This document shows, in pieces, positions 13,443-22,437 of a stretch of 64,000 bases of DNA. Positions within the stretch are counted from its first letter, which is position 1. Each line of letters opens with the position of its first letter. Origin of the DNA: Gemmatimonas sp. (GTDB lineage Bacteria > Gemmatimonadota > Gemmatimonadetes > Gemmatimonadales > Gemmatimonadaceae); the NCBI GenBank assembly GCA_046590495.1, contig JBKJTE010000029.1:329-64328 (forward strand), in the 5' to 3' direction. Position numbers and translations under genes: made by a program. The notes under the pieces are model-generated. The model saw only the letters and a list, made by a program, of their open reading frames with translations, did not search any database and was not told the DNA's origin.

Positions 13443-14894
13443 ATGGCGAACCCTTCTCCGACAGTGATCCGGACGTGGCAGCGGATAGGCACGCGGTTTA
13501 TGCCATTTGCCGATGTTACGACGGCGGAGCTCCCGCTGAGTCGTCTCATGCGGCTCACCCTGTTCCAGATCTCGGTCGGGATGGTGCAGACGCTGTTTGT
13601 GGGCACGCTCAATCGGGTCATGATTCTCGAGTTGCGCGTTCCCGCGACACTCGTTGCCGTGATGCTCGCGATCCCGCTGCTCGTCGCCCCATTCCGCGCA
13701 CTAGTCGGATTTCGCTCCGACACGCATCGCAGTCTGCTCGGCTGGAAGCGCGTGCCGTATTTGTGGTTCGGTACACTGCTGCAATTTGGTGGTCTGGCGA
13801 TCATGCCATTTGCCCTGCTGGTCCTGTCCGATCCCAATCGGCACGGCTCCATCGTGGTTGGCTACATCGGTACTGCCGTTGCGTTTCTGCTGGTTGGTTC
13901 AGGCGCTCACACCACACAGACAGCTGGACTCGCGCTCGCAACGGATGTGGTTTCCGATGACAAACGTCCGCGTGTGATTGCCTTGATGTACCTGATGATG
14001 CTCTTCGGAACGCTGGTGAGTGCCCTGGTGCTCGAAGCGCTCTTGCGTGATTTCAATCCGATTAAACTGGTGCAGGTCATTCAGGGTACCGCTGTCTTCA
14101 CTGTGGTCGTCAATCTCGTGTCGCTGTGGAAGCAGGAAGCTCGCGTGCGCGGCGTCGAGGAGTACAAGAAGGGCGAGCGGCGGCCGATGTTCCGCGATGC
14201 GTGGCGGACGTTCGCGGCGGGCGGTCAGGCCGTCCGTCTGCTCGTGGCATCGGGGCTTGGTTTTTTTGCATTCAACTTGCAGGACGTGTTGCTCGAGCCA
14301 TACGGCGGCGAGATCCTCGGTCTTTCCGTTTCGCAAACCACGTTGCTCACCGCCATCATGGCTGCGGGTGCGGTCGCCGCGTTCGCGGTTTCGGCCGCAA
14401 TGCTTCGTCGCCATCACGACCCGATTCGCCTGGCCGCACTTGGTGCGCTGATCGGCATCATCGGATTTGCGACCATTGTTTTCGCGAGTCCACTCGAATC
14501 GCCGCTGCTGTTCCGCATTGGCGTGGCGACGATTGGCTTCGGCGAAGGATTCTTTGGTGTCGGCACGTTGTGCTTCGCGATGGACATGCGGGATCCATCG
14601 CAGCATGGCATCGCGCTCGGCGCGTGGGGCGCGGTGTTCGCGACAGCCGAGGGGTTGTCGTTCGCGCTCAGCGGAATCATGAAAGACTGGATGTCGCACC
14701 TCGTGCAGACCGGTGTGCTCGGCCCAGGCCTCAGCCTCCCGTCGGTGCCCTATTCGGTTGTGTACCACGTAGAAATACTCGTGCTGTTCGCAACGCTCGT
14801 TGCGCTCGGCCCGCTGGTCGCTCGTCGCGCTCCCGGTCAAGCCGAGCGTGACCGCAATGCTCGCCCGTTCGGCCTCGCTGATATCCCCGCTTGA
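13443..14894 (+). CDS. lhaA: LhaA / PucC-family MFS protein (LH1 assembly factor)
   Basis: 483-aa 12-TM BCD/PucC-family protein located between acsF and puhA, as in other PGCs. Confidence 0.88.
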   Translation: MANPSPTVIRTWQRIGTRFMPFADVTTAELPLSRLMRLTLFQISVGMVQTLFVGTLNRVMILELRVPATLVAVMLAIPLLVAPFRALVGFRSDTHRSLLGWKRVPYLWFGTLLQFGGLAIMPFALLVLSDPNRHGSIVVGYIGTAVAFLLVGSGAHTTQTAGLALATDVVSDDKRPRVIALMYLMMLFGTLVSALVLEALLRDFNPIKLVQVIQGTAVFTVVVNLVSLWKQEARVRGVEEYKKGERRPMFRDAWRTFAAGGQAVRLLVASGLGFFAFNLQDVLLEPYGGEILGLSVSQTTLLTAIMAAGAVAAFAVSAAMLRRHHDPIRLAALGALIGIIGFATIVFASPLESPLLFRIGVATIGFGEGFFGVGTLCFAMDMRDPSQHGIALGAWGAVFATAEGLSFALSGIMKDWMSHLVQTGVLGPGLSLPSVPYSVVYHVEILVLFATLVALGPLVARRAPGQAERDRNARPFGLADIPA

Positions 14895-14922
14895 CCACTC
14901 TTCAACGCACGGAGTCGTTGCC

Positions 14923-15123
14923 ATGAAGTACATCGATGGAGCACAGATCGCGCTCTACGCATTCTGGCTCTTCTTCGCAGGGCTGATCATCTACATCCGT
15001 CGCGAAGACAAGCGCGAGGGATATCCACTCGAGTCGCCGCAGGGACCGCGCGAAGGGTGGCCGAAGCCACCTGCCAAGAAGACCTACATTCATCGGCCGC
15101 AGGGCGGCGAAGGGACGCACTGA
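14923..15123 (+). CDS. puhA: Reaction-centre H subunit, N-terminal transmembrane fragment (66 aa)
   Basis: ATG at 14923: [41 protein letters not shown]... matches the PuhA TM helix plus the REGYPLE motif. It ends at TGA 15121-15123. Confidence 0.85.
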   Translation: MKYIDGAQIALYAFWLFFAGLIIYIRREDKREGYPLESPQGPREGWPKPPAKKTYIHRPQGGEGTH

Positions 15124-15665
15124 TGTCTGAACTCAAGGCGGTTCCGGTCGACAACTTCAACGGCTCTCCGCTCATTCCGACGGGCAATCCGATGCTCGAC
15201 GGAGTGGGACCTGCGTCGTGGGCGAATCGCTCCGACACACCAGACATCACGGTGCATGGTGCGCCGAAGATCGTCCCGATGCGTCTCGATCCGACGTTCT
15301 CCGTCGCGAAGGGAGATCCGGATCCGCGCGGCTTACCTGTGTACGCGGCCGACAAGGTCGTTGCCGGAACGGTGGTGGAGCTATGGGTCGATCGCGCTGA
15401 ACCACAGGTGCGCTACTACGAAGTGAAGCTCGCCAATGGCGAGCGGCACATTATGCTGCCCTCCGGATTTGTGCAGTGGCCCAACTTCGGACTCTGGGGA
15501 AACGATCGACTGCTGGTGAAGGCGATCACGTCCGCGCAGTTCGCCGATGTGCCGGCAATCAAGCGCGACGATTCCATCACGCTGCTCGAAGAAGACAAAG
15601 TGATGGCGTACTTCGCGGGCGGCCACCTGTACGCGACAGCAGCTCGGAGTGAGCCGATCATATGA
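15123..15665 (+). CDS. puhA: Reaction-centre H subunit, C-terminal cytoplasmic domain fragment (180 aa)
   Basis: The ATG at 15123 overlaps the preceding stop (TGATG). [53 protein letters not shown]...ITLLEEDKVMAYFAGGHLYA is the PuhA PRC-barrel/cytoplasmic domain. It is in a different frame from the N-terminal fragment. Confidence 0.88.
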   Translation: MSELKAVPVDNFNGSPLIPTGNPMLDGVGPASWANRSDTPDITVHGAPKIVPMRLDPTFSVAKGDPDPRGLPVYAADKVVAGTVVELWVDRAEPQVRYYEVKLANGERHIMLPSGFVQWPNFGLWGNDRLLVKAITSAQFADVPAIKRDDSITLLEEDKVMAYFAGGHLYATAARSEPII

Positions 15666-16345
15666 CCACCGAAGGGGCGGGCAACCCCACGCAGATGGCT
15701 CAATACATTCGTGGCGTGCCGCATCCGTTGCCTGCGGGTGAGCATGTGTTGTGGGAAGGTGCGCCCGATCCAAACGCGATGGCCACGCATGTTTTTCATC
15801 GTCGATTGTTTCTGTTGTACTTCGCGGCGATGATCACCTGGTGGGGTTTGGATACAGCGGTTGCTTTCGGGAGTAGTGAGTTCGTCGCGAGTCTTGGTGT
15901 GCGGCTTGGACTTTCGGCGATCGTGCTTGGCGTTGTCGAGATGCTTTCGCGCGTTTCAGCGCGGACGACGTGGTACGCGATTACCAACAAGCGGATCGTG
16001 CTCAAGATCGGCATGGTGATTCCGATGTCGATCAACATTCCGTTTCAGCTCGTGCAGTCGGCAGGTGTCGGCATGTTCAAGGACGGCACAGGGCAACTCA
16101 TGCTGGTGCTCGCGAAAGACCATCGGCTCGCGTACGTCGCACTCTGGCCACACTGTCGTGTGTTTCAGCTCAACAGGCCCGAGCCGACTTTACGTGGTTT
16201 GCGCGATGCGCAGCGCATCGGTGCCCTGTTGGTGAACGCTGTCGCAGCGGCGTCAGCCGACGACAGCAGCACCCGCGTTGAACGCACGACGTCGCGTGAA
16301 CCAACTTCTGAACTTCCCGGTCGTGCGCAGCCCGTCGGTGTGTAG
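15662..16345 (+). CDS. puhB: Photosynthetic complex assembly protein PuhB
   Basis: ATGA overlap with the puhA stop. It has two TM helices and a bacterial-PH-like segment (YAITNKRIVLKIG), in the puhA-puhB-puhC order. Confidence 0.85.
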   Translation: MTTEGAGNPTQMAQYIRGVPHPLPAGEHVLWEGAPDPNAMATHVFHRRLFLLYFAAMITWWGLDTAVAFGSSEFVASLGVRLGLSAIVLGVVEMLSRVSARTTWYAITNKRIVLKIGMVIPMSINIPFQLVQSAGVGMFKDGTGQLMLVLAKDHRLAYVALWPHCRVFQLNRPEPTLRGLRDAQRIGALLVNAVAAASADDSSTRVERTTSREPTSELPGRAQPVGV

Positions 16346-16409
16346 CACGACGAGATGCACGGCGGCTGCTGGTTGATGAGCATTTCTCTTTCTTCGTGAT
16401 CTACATCGG

Positions 16410-16922
16410 ATGAGCGGACCAATCCATTTCGAGCCCGAGCCGGGTGAACGTCCCGGTTCCGCGGCAACGATGAACGTACCGCGCCCTGCGCTGATCATGG
16501 CGGGGCTGCTCGTTCTCGTCGTGTTCGCGCTGGTGATTTCGGCGCGCGTGTTCGGCGTTGGCGCATCGCACGAGCCGACGGCCGCAGTACTCGCCGAACG
16601 ACAGTTGACGTTCACGGACGCGAAGGACGGCGGCATCATCGTGGAGGACGCAAAAACGCACACGGTTGCGGCGATGCTTCCACCCGCCACGAATGGATTC
16701 ATTCGTGGGGCGCTGCGGGCCTTGACCCGGGAACGCGCCCTCGCGGGTATCGGACGCGAACAGCCGTTCCGGCTTGTACGCTATGTAGACGGTCGGCTCG
16801 TGTTGCACGATCCCGCAACGACCCAGCACATCACGATCACGAGCTTTGGGCCGACCCAGATCGAATCGTTTGATCGACTGCTGGTGATCGGGCCGACACC
16901 GCAACAAGCACTTGCGCACTGA
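16410..16922 (+). CDS. puhC: Photosynthetic complex assembly protein PuhC
   Basis: 170-aa protein with a single N-terminal TM (PALIMAGLLVLVVFALVI), positioned after puhB. Confidence 0.8.
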   Translation: MSGPIHFEPEPGERPGSAATMNVPRPALIMAGLLVLVVFALVISARVFGVGASHEPTAAVLAERQLTFTDAKDGGIIVEDAKTHTVAAMLPPATNGFIRGALRALTRERALAGIGREQPFRLVRYVDGRLVLHDPATTQHITITSFGPTQIESFDRLLVIGPTPQQALAH

Positions 16923-16927
16923 GCCGG

Positions 16928-18667
16928 CTAACGCTTTTCCCGCTCGCCGGTCGCGTTGACATATACCGTGCAGGCGAGGTCAGGCCCCACGCGCGTCCGG
17001 CGAAAGAAGACGATACTCACTGTGAGTGAGAGTGATCCATTCGCCGAGAAGCGCCCGTTGAGACGAGTCACCAGCGCAGTGCTCGTTCGTGCCTGATCGG
17101 GCATAATCCGGGGCGTCGATGCGAAGTAGCCTTCGTGATCGATGTTGCTCGGGAAGTTGTCGCCCCCGTCAAATGCGATGTTGAGGGTGTCCGCGTTCGG
17201 GATGTGCATGACTGTTGCGTAGTCGACCGTTTGCGGCGTTCGTCTCCAGACCGACGTGCACTCCTTCGAACCATTCGCTTTGGCCGCGTCGTACCGAACG
17301 GCATAGCGACCGGCCACACCAGTTGCTCGAAGACTTGTGACGGCGGATCTGGGCGCGCTGCCTTTTCGTGAGGCGACCGCCGGTGTGGGTTCTGCCGTCC
17401 GGAACTTCACCGTGGTACCGAACTCCGTAGTGATCTGCTCGATGTCGTCCTTGCGAATTTCGTGTCGCAAGCCGCTGCGCATGTCGCGGAAGACCACGGT
17501 ACCTGCCCGGATAATGTCAACACGACCCACCATGCGCGTACCGTCGGTGAGCTGTACTTCGTCGTAGACGATTGGATCAGTGCGTGTGCTTGCGAGTCCG
17601 GTGGCAGCCTGCGGTCGTGAAGCACCACTCGCGCGACGCGCCGGTTCGACGATCAGCAGGCGCGCTGTATCGGCAGCGGTTCCCGGCAACGCATTAAGGG
17701 TGATTGCGGGGACGCCCGGCATTGCATCGCCCGCGCTAGCCCGTGGGGCCTCTTGAGCGCGTTCGGTCGCCACGGACGAAGCTGACGATTCGATTGCGGC
17801 GCCAACGGCTGCCGGCGACTGCGGCGGCGCGGTCGGCGGTGACTCGGCTACCCCGGCCTGGGACGGGGCCGACGATGACGCCGTCGTTTGCGCAGTCGCG
17901 CGTTCAGTCGCGCGGTCCTTACGAATTGAGACCACCATCTGTCCGATAAAAAACAGATACGCACTCGCCGCGCAGATCACGAGGTTTCGGACCAGCTTCG
18001 GATTCAGCGGCGGCACCGACGGTCGCGTTGACGCGATGCTTCGGATCGGCGGGCGCGCGTTGGACGGCTTTGTGTTCGCGCGCGCTGTACCCGTGCGACC
18101 GAGCGATGGCGTGCGCGGGTACGCGATACCAGTACCTGTCGCCGATACGGCAGCAGATGCCGCGGCCGGTGCCGACGCCGATGCATGCGTCTTGGTCGCA
18201 CCGAATGCGACTGTCTGCGTTGCGCGCGAAGGCGCTGCGCGCGAAGGCGCCGCGCCCTCGCCAGTTGTTGTGGTCTCGCTGGAGAATGGAGGCGCGATCC
18301 GCAGCCAATCGGCAGGGATTGCACCCAGCGCAAAGCCCCACGATTCCGCCGCCCACCGCGCCATCTCCGGCTGCACGAAACGCTCGGCCGACCATCGCAT
18401 CACGAAGGGCGATGTAAGCGCGTCCCAGCGCGCCGCGGGGATCGGCTCGGTTGGCAACGCATCAAGCCAGCCACGATGGATTGCTTCCAGCAGCAACTCT
18501 GCCAGCGGACGCGCATCACTCCCTGTTTCATCGAGTAGTCGATTGCGAAAGATTGCCAACGCCGCGGCGTCGCGCGCCGGCCGCTCCTGCTGCACGAGTT
18601 GACGCAGTGCGTTTCGCATACGAATGCGCGGATCAACAAACCTCGTCACGCAAACGCTCCCCGACAC
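16928..18667 (-). CDS. Uncharacterised single-pass membrane protein, paralogue 2 (N-terminal helical domain, Ala/Pro/Ser-rich linker, TM, extra beta-rich segment, C-terminal 2-Cys domain)
   Basis: It shares N-terminal (RNRLLDETGSDARPLAELLL...ARWAAESWGFAL) and C-terminal (GRYAVRY...ECTSV...LACTVYV) similarity with ORF 18693..20006. The TM is LVICAASAYLFFIGQMVVSI. The start is GTG 18667 or ATG 18619. Confidence 0.7.
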   Translation of the reverse strand: MSGSVCVTRFVDPRIRMRNALRQLVQQERPARDAAALAIFRNRLLDETGSDARPLAELLLEAIHRGWLDALPTEPIPAARWDALTSPFVMRWSAERFVQPEMARWAAESWGFALGAIPADWLRIAPPFSSETTTTGEGAAPSRAAPSRATQTVAFGATKTHASASAPAAASAAVSATGTGIAYPRTPSLGRTGTARANTKPSNARPPIRSIASTRPSVPPLNPKLVRNLVICAASAYLFFIGQMVVSIRKDRATERATAQTTASSSAPSQAGVAESPPTAPPQSPAAVGAAIESSASSVATERAQEAPRASAGDAMPGVPAITLNALPGTAADTARLLIVEPARRASGASRPQAATGLASTRTDPIVYDEVQLTDGTRMVGRVDIIRAGTVVFRDMRSGLRHEIRKDDIEQITTEFGTTVKFRTAEPTPAVASRKGSAPRSAVTSLRATGVAGRYAVRYDAAKANGSKECTSVWRRTPQTVDYATVMHIPNADTLNIAFDGGDNFPSNIDHEGYFASTPRIMPDQARTSTALVTRLNGRFSANGSLSLTVSIVFFRRTRVGPDLACTVYVNATGEREKR

Positions 18668-18692
18668 GGCGCGCGGTGCAGTACGTGCGCGT

Positions 18693-20006
18693 TCATTCCG
18701 GTATCCGCTCTGCGTCGAGCTGCGCGACCGTCGTGCACACCTGCGTGCGCCCCCAACGGAGAATCGCTTCGGTGTTGGTGCTCGTTTCCGCCGTGAATCC
18801 GCTGGACGTGAAACGACCGCGCATCCGGAAAGTCCACGTTACGCCGTCGGTCGTACCACGCTGTGGCCCGGCCTCAAAATATGCGTCGGCATCGAGGCGT
18901 CCGTTCACCGATCGCGACGCCAATGCAAAGAGGAAAGTCCCCGGTGCATGCGACACGACTTCAATCGTGCTCGGCGCGCGCGCGAGTGCATCGGCAACGG
19001 TGACGCAACTCGGACTGCCGGTCACCGACACCGAACGCTGCGTGACACGATAGCGTCCGCCCAAGCCGCGCGAGATCAGCTGCGCGCCATCGGACGGGGT
19101 CGGTGGGAGTGCAACTGAATGTGACGCCGACACACCACCAACGACGACACTGCGAACACCAGCCGCACTCTCGGCGGGCGGGAGAGCCCGCATCGCTCCA
19201 AGAGCGGCGATGCGAACGGAGTCTGCCGAGGAGCCTGGTTCGACGACGGGCAGCACCGACGCCGCCAGAATGTTCTCGACACGTCGCCCACGCAGCGCCA
19301 CGAAAGCGGCGATGAACATGACGACGGCAGCGATCCCCATCGTGGCCAATGCGGTCCGCTCAATCCGCTGCATCTGTGCGAGGCTTTTTGCGGTCATTGC
19401 GGGTGACAACGCACGCCGCCTCGCTATGACTGCCCGGGCGGTCGCCGGATGCACTTTCGCTTTTGCCGCATTGCCGGCCAATGCCACGGTTGCACCGGTT
19501 CGACCTGCGCTCTGACCACTCGCCGCCGACGGCGGGCGCAGTGGCGTGGGGGCACCGATCTGCGTCGGCGCAGGCCTCGCGACCGCCAACGGCACCATGC
19601 CAACGGCGCGGACAAACCCCGCGCTCGTAACCAAAGGGCTCGTTTCGGCATGCACAATCGACGGCCGTGTGACCTGTTGCGGCGCGACCTCCAGCACGGC
19701 GCCCCACGTGTCGACCAGCCATCGCGCGACGTCGGTTTGCAAGTAGCGCGTCGCGACGAGTTGATGCACAAGCGGCGCGCGACGCGCGTCCCACGGTACG
19801 TGCGCATTGTGCGCAATCAGTTGCGGTCGCAGCTGCGTCCCCGTAGCCAACAACAAATCGACCAGTGGACGATGATCGCTGCCGCAGGCGTCGAGCAACA
19901 AGTTGCAGAACTGTGCGGGTGCGCTGTCGAGCAGATCGGCGTGCGCCCGAAATGTCGCCGAAAGTGCCCCAGCAGTGCGCGCGAATGCGTCCTGTTCCAT
20001 CGACAT
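18693..20006 (-). CDS. Uncharacterised single-pass membrane protein, paralogue 1
   Basis: ATG at 20006, 9 nt after the kinase stop. N-terminal domain: CNLLLDACGSDHRPLVDLLL...ARWLVDTWGAVL. TM: ALATMGIAAVVMFIAAFVAL. C-terminal domain: GRYRVTQ...SCVTV...QVCTTVA. Confidence 0.7.
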   Translation of the reverse strand: MSMEQDAFARTAGALSATFRAHADLLDSAPAQFCNLLLDACGSDHRPLVDLLLATGTQLRPQLIAHNAHVPWDARRAPLVHQLVATRYLQTDVARWLVDTWGAVLEVAPQQVTRPSIVHAETSPLVTSAGFVRAVGMVPLAVARPAPTQIGAPTPLRPPSAASGQSAGRTGATVALAGNAAKAKVHPATARAVIARRRALSPAMTAKSLAQMQRIERTALATMGIAAVVMFIAAFVALRGRRVENILAASVLPVVEPGSSADSVRIAALGAMRALPPAESAAGVRSVVVGGVSASHSVALPPTPSDGAQLISRGLGGRYRVTQRSVSVTGSPSCVTVADALARAPSTIEVVSHAPGTFLFALASRSVNGRLDADAYFEAGPQRGTTDGVTWTFRMRGRFTSSGFTAETSTNTEAILRWGRTQVCTTVAQLDAERIPE

Positions 20007-20014
20007 GTTGTCGC

Positions 20015-21439
20015 TCAGTGCAACACGTCAAAGCGGAGCACACGTGTCGGCACTTCGCTGCCGATGCGCACCGCCAATCCCGGTACGCACTCGAGCGACG
20101 CATTGCGCCCGATGTCCGGTCCGTCGATCACGTGCCAAGTGGTGTCGCTGGTGTTCACGAGCCACCACTTGCCGCCATGTTGCGCGACATAGCCACGTGC
20201 ATCGCGCACCGCCCGTTCGTTGGGCAATACGCCGACGCGCAGGTGCCAGTCGTGGAGCGCGAGGTGATGCCACAGCACGAGCACGTCGCCTTCATCGACG
20301 ATCCCAGCGCCGGTGTCGCGAAGGTTGCGCGCCACAATTACCGGTGCCGCTACGCGTTCTTCGCCACGCATCGATGTCATCGGCAGCCCGGGACCGAGCA
20401 GTGTCCAGTGTCCTGAAGGCATAGGATAGAGGAGCTGCATCGTCCGATACAACGCCAGCTCCCACTCGGCGGCATCGGCCCGTCGCGCAGGACTGTGCAG
20501 CCCATCGACAAACGTCTGCGTGAAACAACGTGCGAGGTATGGACCTAGTCGCGCAAAAGGAATCTGGATAGAGTCGGTCGGCGGGTTGCGTCGATCGGTG
20601 GGATGCTCGACAAAGAGCGCGCGCGCTCCCATCGACAACTGTTCGTCCTCCTCCGCTGAGCGCGTGCTGTTCACACGCTTCCCTTGCAACGGATGACGCT
20701 GCAGCAGCAACTCGTACAGCAGGACCGCGAGTGCATGCTTGTCCGTCTCAATCGACGGCTGCGCTTTGTTCGACAATACCTCCGGCGCGATATATCCGGG
20801 CGTGCCCAGCACCGATGGCGGTGCAACGCCCGGCACCACAAGCGAGTCGATGTCGATGATGCATGCTTCGCCGCCTTTGGGATCGACGAGTACATTCTTG
20901 TTCGAGAGGTCCGCGTGTGCGAGCCCCGCCATGTGCAATCGTCGCACTGCTCGTGCAAGGCGCACGCCGATCTGCAGTCGTGTGAGCAGGTTGCCTGCTT
21001 CGGCCGCAGGCACAAAACGCGAGGCCTTGCCGCCCGAGAACCAACGGACCTCCTTCTCCTGTCGCGTGCCGAAACGATCAGTGAAGTAGAACGTCGGCTT
21101 ATACGTCGGCGTTACAACGGCGAGCGGTGGCCACACCAGCTGTTGCCTGCGCGCGAACTCGAGCGGGATCGCGTTCGCGCCATCCACCATTCCGACCGGC
21201 CAACAGAAGTACGGCGTCCAGTACGCGCCGTTTGTGGCAAGCGTCGGATTATAGTTGGTGAGAATGCGGGTCAGCCGGTCGACACGCTCGCGCCGGTCGG
21301 AAAGATGTCCATAGAAAAAACCGACCGCATGCTGGCGATCGCGCGTGAGAAATACGCGCTTCTCGGCGCCTGTCCCGACCGGCTCGTCCTCGATCTGCAG
21401 GACGCGCCCGTCCGTCAAACGGACGGCGACGAGACCCAT
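20015..21439 (-). CDS. Atypical eukaryotic-like Ser/Thr protein kinase with an extra C-terminal beta-rich (FHA-like?) domain
   Basis: Catalytic-loop-like HADLSNKNVLV, a DFG-equivalent IIDIDS, and an activation segment GTPGYIAPEVL. The C-terminal ~130 aa (GYVAQHGGKWWLVNTSDTTWHV...GLAVRIGSEVPTRVLRF) resembles FHA topology, which is inference. Confidence 0.75.
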   Translation of the reverse strand: MGLVAVRLTDGRVLQIEDEPVGTGAEKRVFLTRDRQHAVGFFYGHLSDRRERVDRLTRILTNYNPTLATNGAYWTPYFCWPVGMVDGANAIPLEFARRQQLVWPPLAVVTPTYKPTFYFTDRFGTRQEKEVRWFSGGKASRFVPAAEAGNLLTRLQIGVRLARAVRRLHMAGLAHADLSNKNVLVDPKGGEACIIDIDSLVVPGVAPPSVLGTPGYIAPEVLSNKAQPSIETDKHALAVLLYELLLQRHPLQGKRVNSTRSAEEDEQLSMGARALFVEHPTDRRNPPTDSIQIPFARLGPYLARCFTQTFVDGLHSPARRADAAEWELALYRTMQLLYPMPSGHWTLLGPGLPMTSMRGEERVAAPVIVARNLRDTGAGIVDEGDVLVLWHHLALHDWHLRVGVLPNERAVRDARGYVAQHGGKWWLVNTSDTTWHVIDGPDIGRNASLECVPGLAVRIGSEVPTRVLRFDVLH

Positions 21440-22434
21440 GCGACGAACAGTGTGCGGTCATCGTTTTCGCCACGCTTTTCAAACGCAAGCCACTCCATCA
21501 ACGCATGTACAGGGTCCGCGGCATGCAGCACTGCACCCCGCATCGCCTGAGTCATGCCTGCGGCCCCGGCATTGGTGTCATTCACGCCACTTTCCATCTG
21601 CGAGAAGAGTGCGGGCGCGTGGCGGCTGAACGGGTACCATGGGTCTTCGACGCCGTCCGTCGCCAGCAACAAGGCGTGAATTGCCGATGCGTCGTGCACG
21701 GCGAGCGATGCACCCAGCCGCTCCACGGCGCCGTCGTCAGGGAGAAAGTGCGTGACTTCACCGGAGAAGTCGCCCGCGTCGCCGCTGTGCGGTAAGTGCA
21801 CCGTGTGGTCGGCGCCGAGCAACGTGACCACACCATCGCCCACCTGAACGGTTGCGATGCGCGATGCATGTTCTGCCGCCACCAGCAGCGTCGTCCGGAG
21901 GTCACGCAGGGAGAGGTCCGCCAGTTCGGCGAATCGTCGCATGGCGCGATTGGCTGATTCGCCGGCGTGTGAGATCGCGGCGGGCAACGCATCGGCGGGC
22001 GCTCGGCCGTGTGCCAGCGCGTCGCGCAGCGCATGCGAGGCAACGTGCGTGGCGATCGCCGAACCGAGGCGACTCCATCGCGCGGAGCCCGCGCCGTCGG
22101 CCACCGCGGCACACCAACCCCCGGCAAAGGTGAGCACCACGCCAGCGTCTTCACGATGCTCGCCGCGATGAGCGTGCAGCCGTCCGCGACGCGACCCGAT
22201 CAGCAACGACCGGTGCGCTGACATCGCCCGGGTCCCTGTCGCTTCTACGGGGGCGTGCTGCCCGTCGGGAGCCTGCAATCCCGGGGCGACGATGTCGAGG
22301 TGCGCGAGCCACTCGTGCGGGCACCACGGGCCTTCTGGAAACTTGACACTCCACGTCGCGTGCGGCGGTGCGGACGCGCTCGACGCGCTCGACACAGCGC
22401 TCGCGGCATCGTTCGACGAAGTTGGTAATGTCAC
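21415..22434 (-). CDS. PP2C-family Ser/Thr phosphatase
   Basis: PP2C-like metal-binding motifs AVADGAGSARWS and LLATDGVEDPW. GTG start 3 nt after the vWA stop. It overlaps the kinase start by 25 nt. Confidence 0.75.
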   Translation of the reverse strand: MTLPTSSNDAASAVSSASSASAPPHATWSVKFPEGPWCPHEWLAHLDIVAPGLQAPDGQHAPVEATGTRAMSAHRSLLIGSRRGRLHAHRGEHREDAGVVLTFAGGWCAAVADGAGSARWSRLGSAIATHVASHALRDALAHGRAPADALPAAISHAGESANRAMRRFAELADLSLRDLRTTLLVAAEHASRIATVQVGDGVVTLLGADHTVHLPHSGDAGDFSGEVTHFLPDDGAVERLGASLAVHDASAIHALLLATDGVEDPWYPFSRHAPALFSQMESGVNDTNAGAAGMTQAMRGAVLHAADPVHALMEWLAFEKRGENDDRTLFVAWVSSPSV

Positions 22435-22437
22435 GCG

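Noticed and set aside
14923-15665. puhA as a frameshifted pseudogene or sequencing error.
   Set aside because: Not adopted as the primary reading. The break sits exactly at the domain linker, the stop and ATG overlap as TGATG (a reinitiation junction), both halves are otherwise intact, and downstream puhB is still ATGA-coupled. A 1-nt indel cannot be excluded without reads.
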